From an uncultured Elusimicrobia bacterium (GTDB taxonomy: Bacteria; Elusimicrobiota; Elusimicrobia; Elusimicrobiales; UBA9959), in the NCBI GenBank assembly GCA_903873295.1, contig CAIQNV010000064.1, forward strand, positions 29,049 to 93,048: a stretch of DNA of 64,000 bases, in the 5' to 3' direction. Below, one piece after another: positions 27,001-39,000 of the stretch (positions within the stretch are counted from its first letter, which is position 1; each line of letters starts with the position of its first letter). Both the position numbers and the translations under genes were made by a program. The notes below the pieces were generated by a model that saw only the letters and a program-made list of their open reading frames with translations, ran no database searches and had not been told where the DNA came from.

Positions 27001-30000
27001 TAATGCAGATCGTTAGAAGTGCCGCTGAAGCGGCTGCCGCCGGCCAGTTTGCCTATATTGACCGATCTGTATCTGCCGCCGGCGCCGTCTCCGTCGTCCG
27101 CCGGCAGGCTGATGGAGGAGGTCGGCGGCCATTTGTCCACGTGAATGACCAGCGAAGAGACGCCCACCCCGAAGGTATCCTGCTCATTGCCAGCGCTGTC
27201 GCGCGCCTTGGAGAGAATAAGGTATTTCAGGCCGGTCGGCTCGGTCGTGAACTTATTGTCCAGGCCCGCGGGCGCGTAAGACCAGAAAGTAGCGCTGGGA
27301 GAGAGCGTGCCAAGAGTCTTCACGGGAAGCCAAACGGGGTCGGCCCCCGGGGTAAGGAAATCGGTCCCGTCAAACCACTTCGGCGGGCTGCCGAGCTGCT
27401 GCAAGGCCAGATAAACCTCGGAGTTCCCGAAATTATCCGAGGCGGTGCCCGCGAGCGAAGCTATCTGCCGTATGCCGCTGTTATTGGCGTCGTAAGGGAG
27501 CGTAATGCGCGCTGTCGGGGAGCTTCTGTCTATGGCGAACTGGAAGGACGCCGGGGTACCGCTGTTGCCGGCCTTGTCCGTGGCGGAAAGCGACGCCACG
27601 TAGGAGTAGCCCGGCTCGAAAGCCCCGCCCGTAGTGAAATAGCTGGTCGTATAATCGACGGTGCCGGTCTTCAGCTCGTCGTTCCAGGTGAGCGCGGCCG
27701 GCAGGTAGGTGTCGTCTCCGATCGCGGAGGAAGCGGTGAAAGTGGAGGCCTTCCAATTCCAGTAGGTCTCGGCCGTCTGGCGCTTCACGCGGAAATAGGC
27801 GGACGCCACGTCGCCGGGAGCGATATCTGAAACCGTGCCGGACAGCGCCGTGAGGGACTGCAGGTAGGCCTTGCCCGGCATGGTTATCCCCGCCGCCGGG
27901 GCCGTAGAATCGATTATAAACTCCCTGGTTGCGGAGGGATCCTCTTTAAGGCCGTTCGTATGCTCGGCCCTTGAAACCGCGCGGTAGCGGCGGTTCGGGG
28001 TCCAGGCAGCGGCCGGAACGCTCAAGGTCCAGCCCGGATTCGTGAAAGTGGTCGCCCCGAGATACCCCGTGTAGGAGGTGGTAGAAACCCAGGCTCCGCC
28101 GTTCCAGACCTTGTCGTCGTTGCCTGTACCCTCGGTGAGGTCGGCGCCGTAATCCGTTATGCGCAGCGCCACCGTGGTGGCGTAAACGGCGGTGCCGCTT
28201 ACCGGCGGAAAAGCGTCGCTCTTGTACTGCGTAAGGGCGGCCGGCGGCGCGATGATATAAGAGACCGGCGTCGGCGGGAACAGCTTGAACTGTATCAAAG
28301 AAGAATTCGGCGCGGCGCCCGCCGGTTTCTCCGTCGCATTGCCTGCCGTGTCCACGGCCCTGGCGAAGATCTGATACTGCACGCCGCCCATCTCGGTGTA
28401 CCAGGCGGGCGTAGAGACCCCGGTGGCCAGCCAGGAGTCGCCGCCGCCGGTTAAAGTTGCGTCGCTGAAGAGCTCGGCGGCAGAGTCCCAGGCGCGGGTG
28501 GTTTTGTTCCAGTACTTATTGGCGCAGACGCTGTCAACGCAGCGATAGGAAACCTGCACCAGGGCCAGAGTCCCCGGGGAAAGGTCCGAAGCCGAGCCGG
28601 TTATGACCGCCAGCTCGGAGCGTATCTCGGCGCCATGGACCGGATAAGTGATAGTGGAGACGGGAGCTGTAAAATCGGCCGTCACCGGCGCTGCGGTGGA
28701 GTAGACAAGCTGGGAGTTCCCCGCCTTGTCCAGCGCCCAGGCATTGATCTCATAAGTATCGCCGCTCAGCCAGGGCGAGGTGTTCAGCTGCCACCAGGTG
28801 GCGCCGGAGCTCAGGCTGCCGTACGCCAGAACGCTGTTGACAGTGTCCGCCGCAGTCCAGGAGGAGCCGTTCACACACCAGTATTTATTCACGTCCGCCG
28901 TCCCCGCGGTCTTCTTTACGCGGACGAACACGTCGGCGACCATGCCGTTCGGCTTGTCGTAGGCGCCGCCGCTTATTTTGGCGGTCTGGCTGAGGTAGCC
29001 GTTATTGTACGGATAGAAGACGGCCGCGGTAGGCCGCGTGACGTCGTAGACGAACGAGGATTTAAGGCCAAAGCCTTCCTGATTCAGAGCGGCGTCGGAG
29101 GCGTTAGTGTAGACCCTGAGGATTTCGCCGTCGGTGAACAGCCCGGGCTCCAGATTCCTGGTCCAGTTGGCGTAGGGCGGGCTGGCCGGCAGCTGCTGCG
29201 GGCCGAGCTGCCAGGAGGAGGTGTCCCAGTAGCGGCCGTCCGAGGCCCTCTGTATGTATAACTTCACCGCTCCCACGCCGGAGCCGCCGGGGTCGTAGCT
29301 GGTTCCGCTCAGCGAGCCCGGCTGCGCGTTTAAATACGCGCCGTCGGAAGGAACGGTGACGGTGGAGACAGGGGCCGAGGTGTCATACAGGAAAGTGGCC
29401 GTGGCGTAAACGGTGTCGTAATTCCCCATTACGTCTTTGGCCCTGGCCCTGACGCGGTAGGTATATCCCGAGCTCCAGGTGGAGTTTTGTATGTTGTAAG
29501 TCCAGGACGCGGAAGTCTGGTAAATCGCGGCCTGAGCGGCCAGCCAGGGCGCGCTGTCCTCGGTTCCGAACGCCCAAACGTCGGCTAGCGCGGGATTATA
29601 ATACCTTCCGGTGTCCGGCAAATACACGGTAAAGCGCACTTCCGCGATACCCGCGGCGTGGCTTGCCGTGCCGGTTATGTTGGCCATGGAATTGTGCGCC
29701 GCCAGGTTGGGCAGCGTTATGGCGGTGACGGGCTTCTCATTATCGCAACTCACCGTGATCCCGGCTCCGGAAGGGATATCGGCGCTCAGCGGCTGGCCGC
29801 CGCCTGACCCGTACTCAGGGTTCAGCGCCAGGTCGTAGGACCACGGCACTATGCGGTAGGAGGAATTCTGGTTGGAGGAATTGGAGAGGTAGCTCTGCAG
29901 CGGCCCGGGCAGAGCATAGCTGAATTTGCCCGCGTTCACACCGGAGGTGGCCAGACTGACCTCATACCAGACAGGATCGGCGCCGGTAAAGGCCGCGCCG

Positions 30001-33000
30001 TTCCACCAGCCCGTTTCGTAGCCGGTCAGGCGCTTCAGCGCCACTTTAACGGTATAGGTCCCCAGGTCGGCCCTGTAGGTGTCCGCGGCGTCGGCCGCCA
30101 GGCCCAGGATCTGAGCGAAGCCGGTGGTATAGCCGGCCAGAGGATAGGTGACGGCGGAAGTGGGCTTGCTCACGTCGTATTTTATGATGACGGAAGCCGC
30201 GGCGGAATTCCCGGCGTAGTCCGCGGCCTTGGCTTCCATTTTATACTGCCGATTGCCGGAGAAGTTCAGGTTGGCGCTGTTATAACTCCAGTTGTCAACC
30301 GTCCCCTGGGCGGGCAGCCAGGACGGGCAGGCGCCCCAGGCCGCGCCGGTAAAGCAGGTTTCGCCCGCTCCCCCGGGGTTGCTGGAGATCTGCACCGTAA
30401 CCGCGCTCACGCCGGTATAGGGGGCGGATTGCCCGGGCTGGCTTGAAGTTCCGGCTAAAGGAGTGGAAAGCCATATCTGCGAATAAGCCGCGCCATCCAG
30501 CGGATAAGAAATTGTAATGGCGGGTGCGGCGGTATCGTAGGTGAAGGTATAGGTAGAATAAACCGAGGAGTAGTCGCCCGCATAGTCCCTCGCGCGGACG
30601 GCCGCGGTATACGCGATATCGCTGGCCAGCATCGCGCCCGGAACGGCGTAATGCCAGGCCGTCTGACTATCTCTCACTGTCTGTAGCCACGTGTCCGCGC
30701 TGCCGGTCCAGACGGCGCCGTTCCAATACTTCATATTCACGTCGGCGCCGGTGGAGATCCTTATATAGGTCTGGTCGTGCCCGGCCAGGTCCGCGTTGGC
30801 CGTGCCGGAGATCGTGAACGCCGCTTTATGCGCCAGCGCGGCAGGCGAGACTATCTGCACCGCCGGCGGCGTGCCGTCCACTATGAACGTCGTAGTGGTA
30901 TAGGCCGTTTCCAGGTTGCCGGCGCCCGTATCGTCCGAAAGCCGCGCGTCGTCCATCGCCCGCGAATTCAGCCGGTACTCGCGGTCCCCCGCCGGCCAGG
31001 AGATGGCCGTCTGGTAGCTCCAGGCCCAGGTCGGCGCGGCGCCGGACAGGGAAGCGCTCATCCAGGAGGCGGCCTCGGCCAGAGTGCCGGAGCTGAAACT
31101 TGCGCCGATCCAGTACCAGGTCCCTCCGGACTGCAAATAGGCCAGCCTTATCTGCACGGCGTTCACGCCGGAGCTGGTGGAGGCGGGCTGGTCGTAAGCG
31201 CCGCCCGCGAAATATTTTCCCGCCTTACCTATATCAAGAGGGCTGTATCTGCCGCTCGCGCCGTCCCCGTCGTCCGCGGGCAGGGAGACGGAGGAAACAG
31301 GCGCGTCCTTGTCGATCCGCACCACCATCGAAGAGATGCCCGCGTCGAACTGCGTCTGCGCGTTGCCGGCGGTATCCGAAGAGCGGACCAGGATAAGGTA
31401 ATTGAAGCCGGAGACGAAATCATCGTCCAGCCCCGCCGGCGCGTAGAGCCAGCTGGTGGCGTTAGGCGACAGGAAGCCGTTGGTACCGTTTATCCGTATC
31501 CAGTTGGGAATCTCGCCGTCCACGTTAAAATCAGCGCCGCCGTACCATTTCTGCGGACTGGCGTACTTCCGGATGGCGATGTCCACCGCGGCGTTGCTCT
31601 TACCGTCGGCAGCCGTGCCCGAGATAGCGGCCAGCGCGCGCAGGCCGCTGCTGTTGGCGTCCAGCGGGAGAAGCACGCGCGCCGCCGGAGGCGTGGTGTC
31701 TATCGTAAAAGGCACGGCCGCTCCCGCGGAAGGGAATATTTTAGAGCGCCCCGCCTTGTCGGTAACCCTCGCCTGCAGCCAGTATGTTCCGGCCTCCGCC
31801 CAGACCGGCAGACCGGAGGCGAGCGACCAGGGTTCGCTGTTCGTGTCGAACGGGGGATTATCGGCAGTCGCGGCCAGCCAGCTTGAGGTGGCCACCCAGT
31901 AGGCGCCGTCCCAGAATTTCTCAAGCCCGGCGGCGCCTGTCGAAATGGTCACTTCCACCTTGCTCAAAATGCCCGGGGCGGTATCCTGGGCGGTGCCGGC
32001 TATCGCCGCGAGGGCCTTTATAAATTCCGCTCCGGGCCGGACGAAGCCCGCGGACGGATCGTTGGCGTCTATAATAAAATATCTTTCGGCGGAGGGCGGA
32101 TACTCGAGTATGTAGGAGCCTCCTTCTTCTACGGCGGCCCTTGCTTCCACCTTGAACTTATTAGTGCCGGACGGCCAGGAGCCGGCCGTGACGCTTTTGT
32201 TCCAGGTAAGGTTATCCGCGCCGAAAAAGGCGCAGGTGGATTGGCCCGCCACGTAGGACGTATTACCGCAGCCGGCCAGATAAGCGACGGTGGACAGCCA
32301 GACATTGCCCGGAGTCCAGACGGTGTTCGGGTCCGCGGTCACATTGGTCACCCGCACCTGCACAGTATTGCCGGCGGTGAGCGTACCGGCGAAAGCGACC
32401 AGGCCGGCGGGGGTATAATGGGGCTCGCCCGCCGGCGGCGCCGTAAGCGCGCTGTGCGGGTCGGACAACAGCTTCCGGATCTCTATATAAGCGGACTGGG
32501 ACGGCGGAATCGTCGGGGTCTGCCCCGGAAAAACGCCGGTATTTCCCACGGCGTCCTGCGCGCGGGCGAATATCCTGTAAACCTGCGTGCTGTTCATGGC
32601 GGGGATGCCGGAACTCCCCACCGTCCAGACTACCGGCGTCGCGGTATTGGTGGAAGCGTCCACATAGGCGCTTTCCGGCGGCGCATTGACGTCGCCCAGG
32701 CTGAAAGTACCGGCCGTCGCCGGGTTCCACCATTTGGAGTCCGAAACGCTGTAAAAAGCCACCTGCACCTTCTTGATGAGGGTGTTGGAATCCGACGCGG
32801 TGCCCGAGAGGCCGGAGAAGCTGTACACATCGTAGGTATTGGGAGCGGTTATCAGCGCCGAGGGCGCGGTCCTATCCGCTTTAAAGGTTATCTCGTTGCG
32901 GCCGGCCGTGAAAGAGCTTTCCACGTTGGGGTTCGGGGAATCGTCGGCCGCCTTGGCGCCGTCCTTGGCCCTGAACCTGACACGGTAGGAGAGACCGTCT

Positions 33001-36000
33001 TCCACTTTGGGCCACAGGTCGACCGTGGAGTAGCTCCAGGTGCTGGCCGAGACATTGGTCAGGGCCGCCCAGGAGGCGGCCAGGCCGCAGTCCATGTCGA
33101 AAGCGCTGGTATTGTTCCAGCACTTGGCTTCGTCGCCGCCGCGGCTTATCTGGGCCTGCACCACGCTGACGGAGCCGCCCGAACCGGGCCCGGAAACAGG
33201 ATTATCGGCGGAGGTGCCGGCTATAACATCCAGCGTGTAGCCGGAATTACCGCTGTACCACCCGTTTTGCGCCGGCTGATTAATGGTGGAGGACGGGGCC
33301 TGCACCTCGTATTTGAAAGTGCTTTTGAGCGTTGTGGAGGACTCCGTGTTCTGGAGGCCGGCGCCCGGCAGCGCGGCTCCGCCGCCGTCCAGGCCCGCTT
33401 TATCCGCGCCCCAGGCGTAAACGGAGAAAGTATCGGCCGTGATGCCGCTCCAGAAGCCGCCCAGGCTCTGTTCCCAGCTTATGCCGGCGGGAGGGCTATG
33501 CGCCACGTCGGCGCGGCTGCTCTGCCAGCCCAGCGCGGCGCCGTTCCACCATTTCAGGTCGGAGGCCCTTCTGATCCCCACTTTAAACAGGTCCAACCCG
33601 GTCTGGCGGCCGGTATAAGGCCCGTCCACTATGGTGCCGCTGATAGTATCGAGGTGCACCGAATAGATGCCGCCGTCGGCAGGCGCGAGCACGGCGGTCT
33701 CGGGGGCGGTGATATCGTATTTGAAAGTCACGGTGGAATAGGCCGCGCCGTAATTGCCCGCCGCGTCCCTCACTCTCGCTATAAGAGTGTACTCTTCGCC
33801 GTTGGCCCAGGCCACGTTGGAGGAAAGCCAGACGGCAAAGGACGGCGTGGTCGTGGATTCCGCGGTGTTCCAGATAGCGGCGGTCTGTGACTTCCAGACT
33901 CCGGAGGAACTGTAATACTGCCATTTGTCCAGGTCCGGATGTTCCAGTTTATACTCCACGGAATAAACGCCCGAACCGGAGCCCGGGTCGGAGGCCGTGC
34001 CCAGCAGTTTTTCCAGCGAACCCGCGCCGTAATTCCCGGCCTGCGGATAGGTGACGCTTAAAAGGGGCTTAGCGCTGTCGATCCTGAAATACCTGGTATA
34101 GACAGGCGCGACGGCCGACCCGTGGGAATTGCCGGCCGTGTCTTTTCCGTATATCTCGAGTTTGTAGCGGTAGCCGTCGGTCCAGGCGACCCCGGAGGTG
34201 ACCCAGGACCAGTCCCTGGAGTAAAGCGCGCCCGACAAGGTCAGCGACTTCCAGGCCTGGGCGCCGGCGCCGGACAGCAGGTCGAACTGCATACCGGCAG
34301 GGTTCAGATATCTGCTCTGGTCCATGCTCCAGACCCTGGCGTAAAGGAAGAGGTCGTTGAGGCCGCCGGCGTAATTATCGGTAATCACGCCGTCGACCTG
34401 GCTCATCTCGGCAACCCAGGAGGGGCTGCCGGAAACAGCGGAGAGCCCCGCTATCCTGGCCGAGGCGGTCACGGTGGGCCGCGACACGTCGTAAACGAAC
34501 ATATAATTGCCGGTATTTACGGACGTGTCCGCCAGCTGGTTCACCGAGTTCCTGGCCCGCGCGAAAATACTGTATTCGCGCCCGTCCTCGAACTTCGGCG
34601 ACTGTACCGTGGTACCGGTCCTGTCGAAGGTCAGCAGGATGTTGGATTCGGCGCGCGGCGGGGAGAAGACGGTATCCGGCGTGCCGCCGAAAGCCGAATC
34701 CGTGGAAAGCCAGACAAAGGAGTCGGAGGCCGGGTTATAGCCGCCGTGCGCGCTCCAGGACGAGCCCGTCCAGTAATAGTTGCCCGTATCCAGGAACACC
34801 GCCCAAACCCTGTCCACTCCGGCGCCCTGGGCGCTGATATCCAGCGTCACCGACGAGACGCTGTTCTGTATGGTGGCGGCCGGAGGCCATTTCACTTCGG
34901 CCAGCGGCTCTCCGGAGCTGAAAGAGTAGGAGCACTTAGGCGTCCCGGAGGACTCTTTGTTGGCGTAAGCGGTCGACGGGTTGTTCACCAGGTCGACGCC
35001 CCAGCTGTACACGGTGAAAGTTTCATAGGCCGCCGTCAGCAGGTCATAGAAACTCGCCGGCAGCGTCATGGACCAGGTCTTAACGCCGGTGCCGGGCTCT
35101 ATCGCCATTGAGGGGTCGGAGCGGGCGGCCGTCCAGGTGCTGCCGTTCCACCAGTAATTATCGGACTGGCGCTTGATGCCGACGTAGAAAGTCTGGTCCA
35201 GGCCGGCGGGCGTGCCGGTGGAGGTCTGGTCCTGCGCGGTGCCGGAGACCGAAAGCGGGCGGGTGACGTACACCTGCCCGTTCGCCGGAGAAGTCACGGC
35301 GGAGACAGGCGCGGCCGAGTCGTAGGTAAAGGCGGTGCTTTGCTCGTTTGAAACATTGCCGGCTCTGTCTACGGCGCGCACTTTCAGTATGTAGCTCTGG
35401 CTTTCCACCCAGGCTATGTTCGAAGACACCCAGACCCGGGAAACCGGGCCGGTGCTGGCCGCGCCGCAGCCCGCGGCCGGGTCGCAGGCCGCGTTCCAGA
35501 GGTCGCCGGTAACGGAGGCGCGCCAGACGCCGGAGGAGGTAAAATGCTCCCAGTGCCGCGTGGGATCGGCCTGAGCATACTGCAGGGCGTATTCTACCCT
35601 GGCTATGCCGGATTCATTCGCGCTATTGTCGAAAGCCTGGCCCGACGGGATATTAAGCGCGGCCGCGCCGCCGACATACATCGGGCTGGTAACTACAGGA
35701 TTGACTATGCTGAGGCCCGGCTTGGCCGGATCGAAGTTAAAATACCTCACATACTTGGCCGTGCCGCCCTCGTCGGGATTGCTGCCGGTCTGGCAGGCGC
35801 CGGCCGCGCTGCCCGACCAGTAGGGGCAGTCAGCCGCTTGCTGGTTGCCGGCCTTATCTTTGGCGTAGAGCTCTAGTTTATAGCGCCCTCCCGTCGTGAA
35901 CTGCGCGGACGTCAGGTCAAAAGCCCAGTCGTTGGTTATGCCTTCCCTCAATATCCAGGCGGTAGCGGCGTCGCTATAATCGAAATTGACCATCGTGCCG

Positions 36001-39000
36001 GGGTTCAGGTACCTGGCGGCGCCCAGATCATAGACGCGCAGGTAAACCTGCCGTTTATCCAGGGCGTCGGACACATTGTCGACGATCGTGCCGCTGGCTA
36101 TGGCGACCGCGTTCAGCCAGGTGGGGCTGGCCGGCATGGTGGAAAGGCCGGTAACCCAGGCATGCGCGGTTACCGTCGGGGCCGTCACGTCGTAGATAAA
36201 GGTGTGGCTGGACACGGAAGTAGGGCCGTAATAAAGCAGCCGCTGGCCCGCCGTGTTCTCGGCGCCCAGGTAGATCTTATACTTCATCCCGTCGGCCCAC
36301 GCCGGGCTCAAGATGGTGGTGGCCTTAAAAACCACGGTCACCGGCGATTCGCCGTTATACGTCGTCGCGGGCGGCCATGGCGCGAACGTCATATCCGGGC
36401 TGCCGCCTCCCGCCGCGTCCGTGGACAGCCAGACCGGGCTGGAGTGGAACGCGGGAGGATCGGTCCCGCCCGCCGTCCAGGCCGAAGCCGCGCTCCAATA
36501 TCTGGTGTAATTGCCGCCGGTGTCCGTGCTGAGGAACGCCGCCCAGACCTGCCTGATGCGCCCCCCCTCCGGGTTCAGCGTGAACACCACCGAACTCACG
36601 CTTACGCTGTTGAGCGCGCTGCCGTCCGCCGGAGAGACGGCGGTGAGCGAGGGCGCGCTGAAGGTGTAGGAGAAAGTCAGGCCGGGCGAAGCCGAAACCC
36701 CGACGTTGGCCGCGGAGGCCGGATTGTTCACGAGGTCCCGGCCCCACGCGTATACCATGAACGTGTCGGAGCCGGCCAGCAGATCGTAGAACGTGCTCGG
36801 CAGCGCGAGGCTCCAGGTCTTGATCGCGCCGGCGCCCGACGGAACTACGGCCGTAATGGTGCTTATGTTCGCCGGCGCGGCGCTCATCCACGTGCTGCCG
36901 TCCCACGTGTAATGATCGGACAGGCGCTCGATCTTCATTTTAAAATTACCGACGTCGACGCCGGAAACCTGGTCGGAGACCGTGCCGGACAGCGCCGCGA
37001 CGCGGCTGTTGTAAGTGCCCGGCGCGGGGCTGGAGACTACGGTCAGCGGCGCGTCCGCATCGTAAAGAAAGGGCACGCTCTTTTCGGGCGAGACGTTGCC
37101 GGCGCGGTCTACGGAGCGCACGGTCAGCAGATAAGCCTGGTTGGTGGTCCAGGAAACGGTTTTGCCGGGTTCGGACCAGTGCACCAGCCAGCCGCCCGAG
37201 GCGGCGGCGGCCGTTGAAGGCCATACGCCGGGCAGCGAACCTGTCCAGGCGGCGCCGTCCCAATATTTTAAGCCATCCGCGAACTGAAGCAGGTATTCCA
37301 CACGGTCTATACCGGAGCCGCCCGTATCGGCCGAGGTGCCCGAGCTGTAATTAAGGTTGGCGCCGCCGATGTAGTTGTCCAGGGGCGAGATATCCGAGGG
37401 CGAGGAAATGGCCACGACGGGCGCTTCCTTGTCGAAGGTGATGGCCCCCGCCAGCCTGGTTTCCCTCTTATCCGCGTTCAGGACGACAAGATCGTAAGGC
37501 CTGCCGTTGAAACTATACGGAGATTGGAGGTCGACGCTGATAGCGAGAGTGCCGACGCAAACCCGGAAGGCATTTTCCGCCTTGCAGGTGACCGAACTCA
37601 CTTTTATATCCGCCGCCACCGTGCCGTCGGAGTTCAGGAAGTACGCCGAGGCGCCGGACTGCAGCTCGTTTATATACCTGAAGCCGCAGCTGGCGCCGTT
37701 CTGCGACGAGATCAGTATGTCGTATTTATAGGTCGTATACGGCGCGGTGACGGGAGAGGAACTGACGCGGGTTACGCCGCAGGCCGCAAACGACGGCGCG
37801 GGGTAAGTGGAGGTCGCGATATAATCGAATTTAACGCCGCCGCTGTTCTCATATATCACCGCCAGGGGGCGCGGGGAGGCCTCGGTGGACTGTACGATGG
37901 CGTAATCCCCGGTTTTCCAGCTGGATTTATAGATCCATTTACCATTCGCGTCCGAGAGGGTCTGCGGGCTGGTGGGGGCGCCGGTTCCCGCTCCGGCGGG
38001 GGCCGTGACCATGCGCAGCACACCGGCCGCCGAGGTCCAGACTATGAATATCGCACCAGTCCCGTCGCTCCGCTTCGAATAACCGATGGACGGATTCGTC
38101 AGAGGAGCGGTAACGGCGGTGCCGGAATTGTCCAGCAGGAAGGGAGTCGAATACAGCCCCGCCGCCGTGCGGCTTGAATAATACAGGTTGCCGTCGGAAC
38201 CCACATAAGCGATATGGACATACTCGGTGCCGGGCTCATTGACCATCGAGAAACCGTAGCCCGCGGGGGTGTCGTTCGTATTGCCCACGGCCATAGTGGA
38301 TTCATGAACGCCTTCGGCCGGGGCGGCGCCGCCGAATCTTCTAAGCTCGAGGTAAGGGGAATTCGGCGCGCCGCCGGTGAAGCCGTCCCTTACGGAAACA
38401 AGAAAATTACCCGCGCTTCCCACCGGCACTATTCCGGCAAAAGTATTATCCGGCGCCGGGGAATCGGTCTGATTGTCGCCCCAGGCGATAGCCTGCGCCG
38501 ACCCGATATTAAGGTCATTAACGTTGCTGGGCAGAACATTACTGGAGCCGATAAACCCGTAATTCTCGGAGCCCGACTGTTTTCCTCCCACTACGGCGGC
38601 CAGGTGGGGAACGGAAGCGTAATCGAGCTTAACTATGCCGCCGGCCATATTGGGGGTTGTTTTACCCGCGGCGCCGTTTATGTTGATCACGGGGTTCAAC
38701 TGCGTAGTGACAGGGCCGAAGGCTATAGTGCCGCCGGAGCTCAAAGTGCCCCGCTGAAGAAATATTCCGCCGGCGGCTCCGGTCGAAGGGGCAACAACGT
38801 AAACCTGGCTGTTCTTCGCGTCGTGCCAGATGCTGCCGTAGCCGCTGGCGCCGGCGACGCTGCTGAAGACTTCCGTTTCGGCGGTAAAAACGTCGGCCTT
38901 GAAAGATCTATAAACGAACCGGCCCGAATCGTTGGTGTAAAAAAACCAATACCGGTCCAGGTTGGGCTGATAAAGCACTTTTCTGGTGTTGGAGAATCTC

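Noticed and set aside
5809-37263. Minus-strand out-of-frame ORFs lie inside the giant gene, e.g. 5809-6234, 12554-12985, 16843-17349, 32263-32733 and 36355-36906.
   Set aside because: They are alternative frames of the same strand, overlapped completely by the long ORF. Their composition is Arg/Pro-rich and they have no domain signatures.
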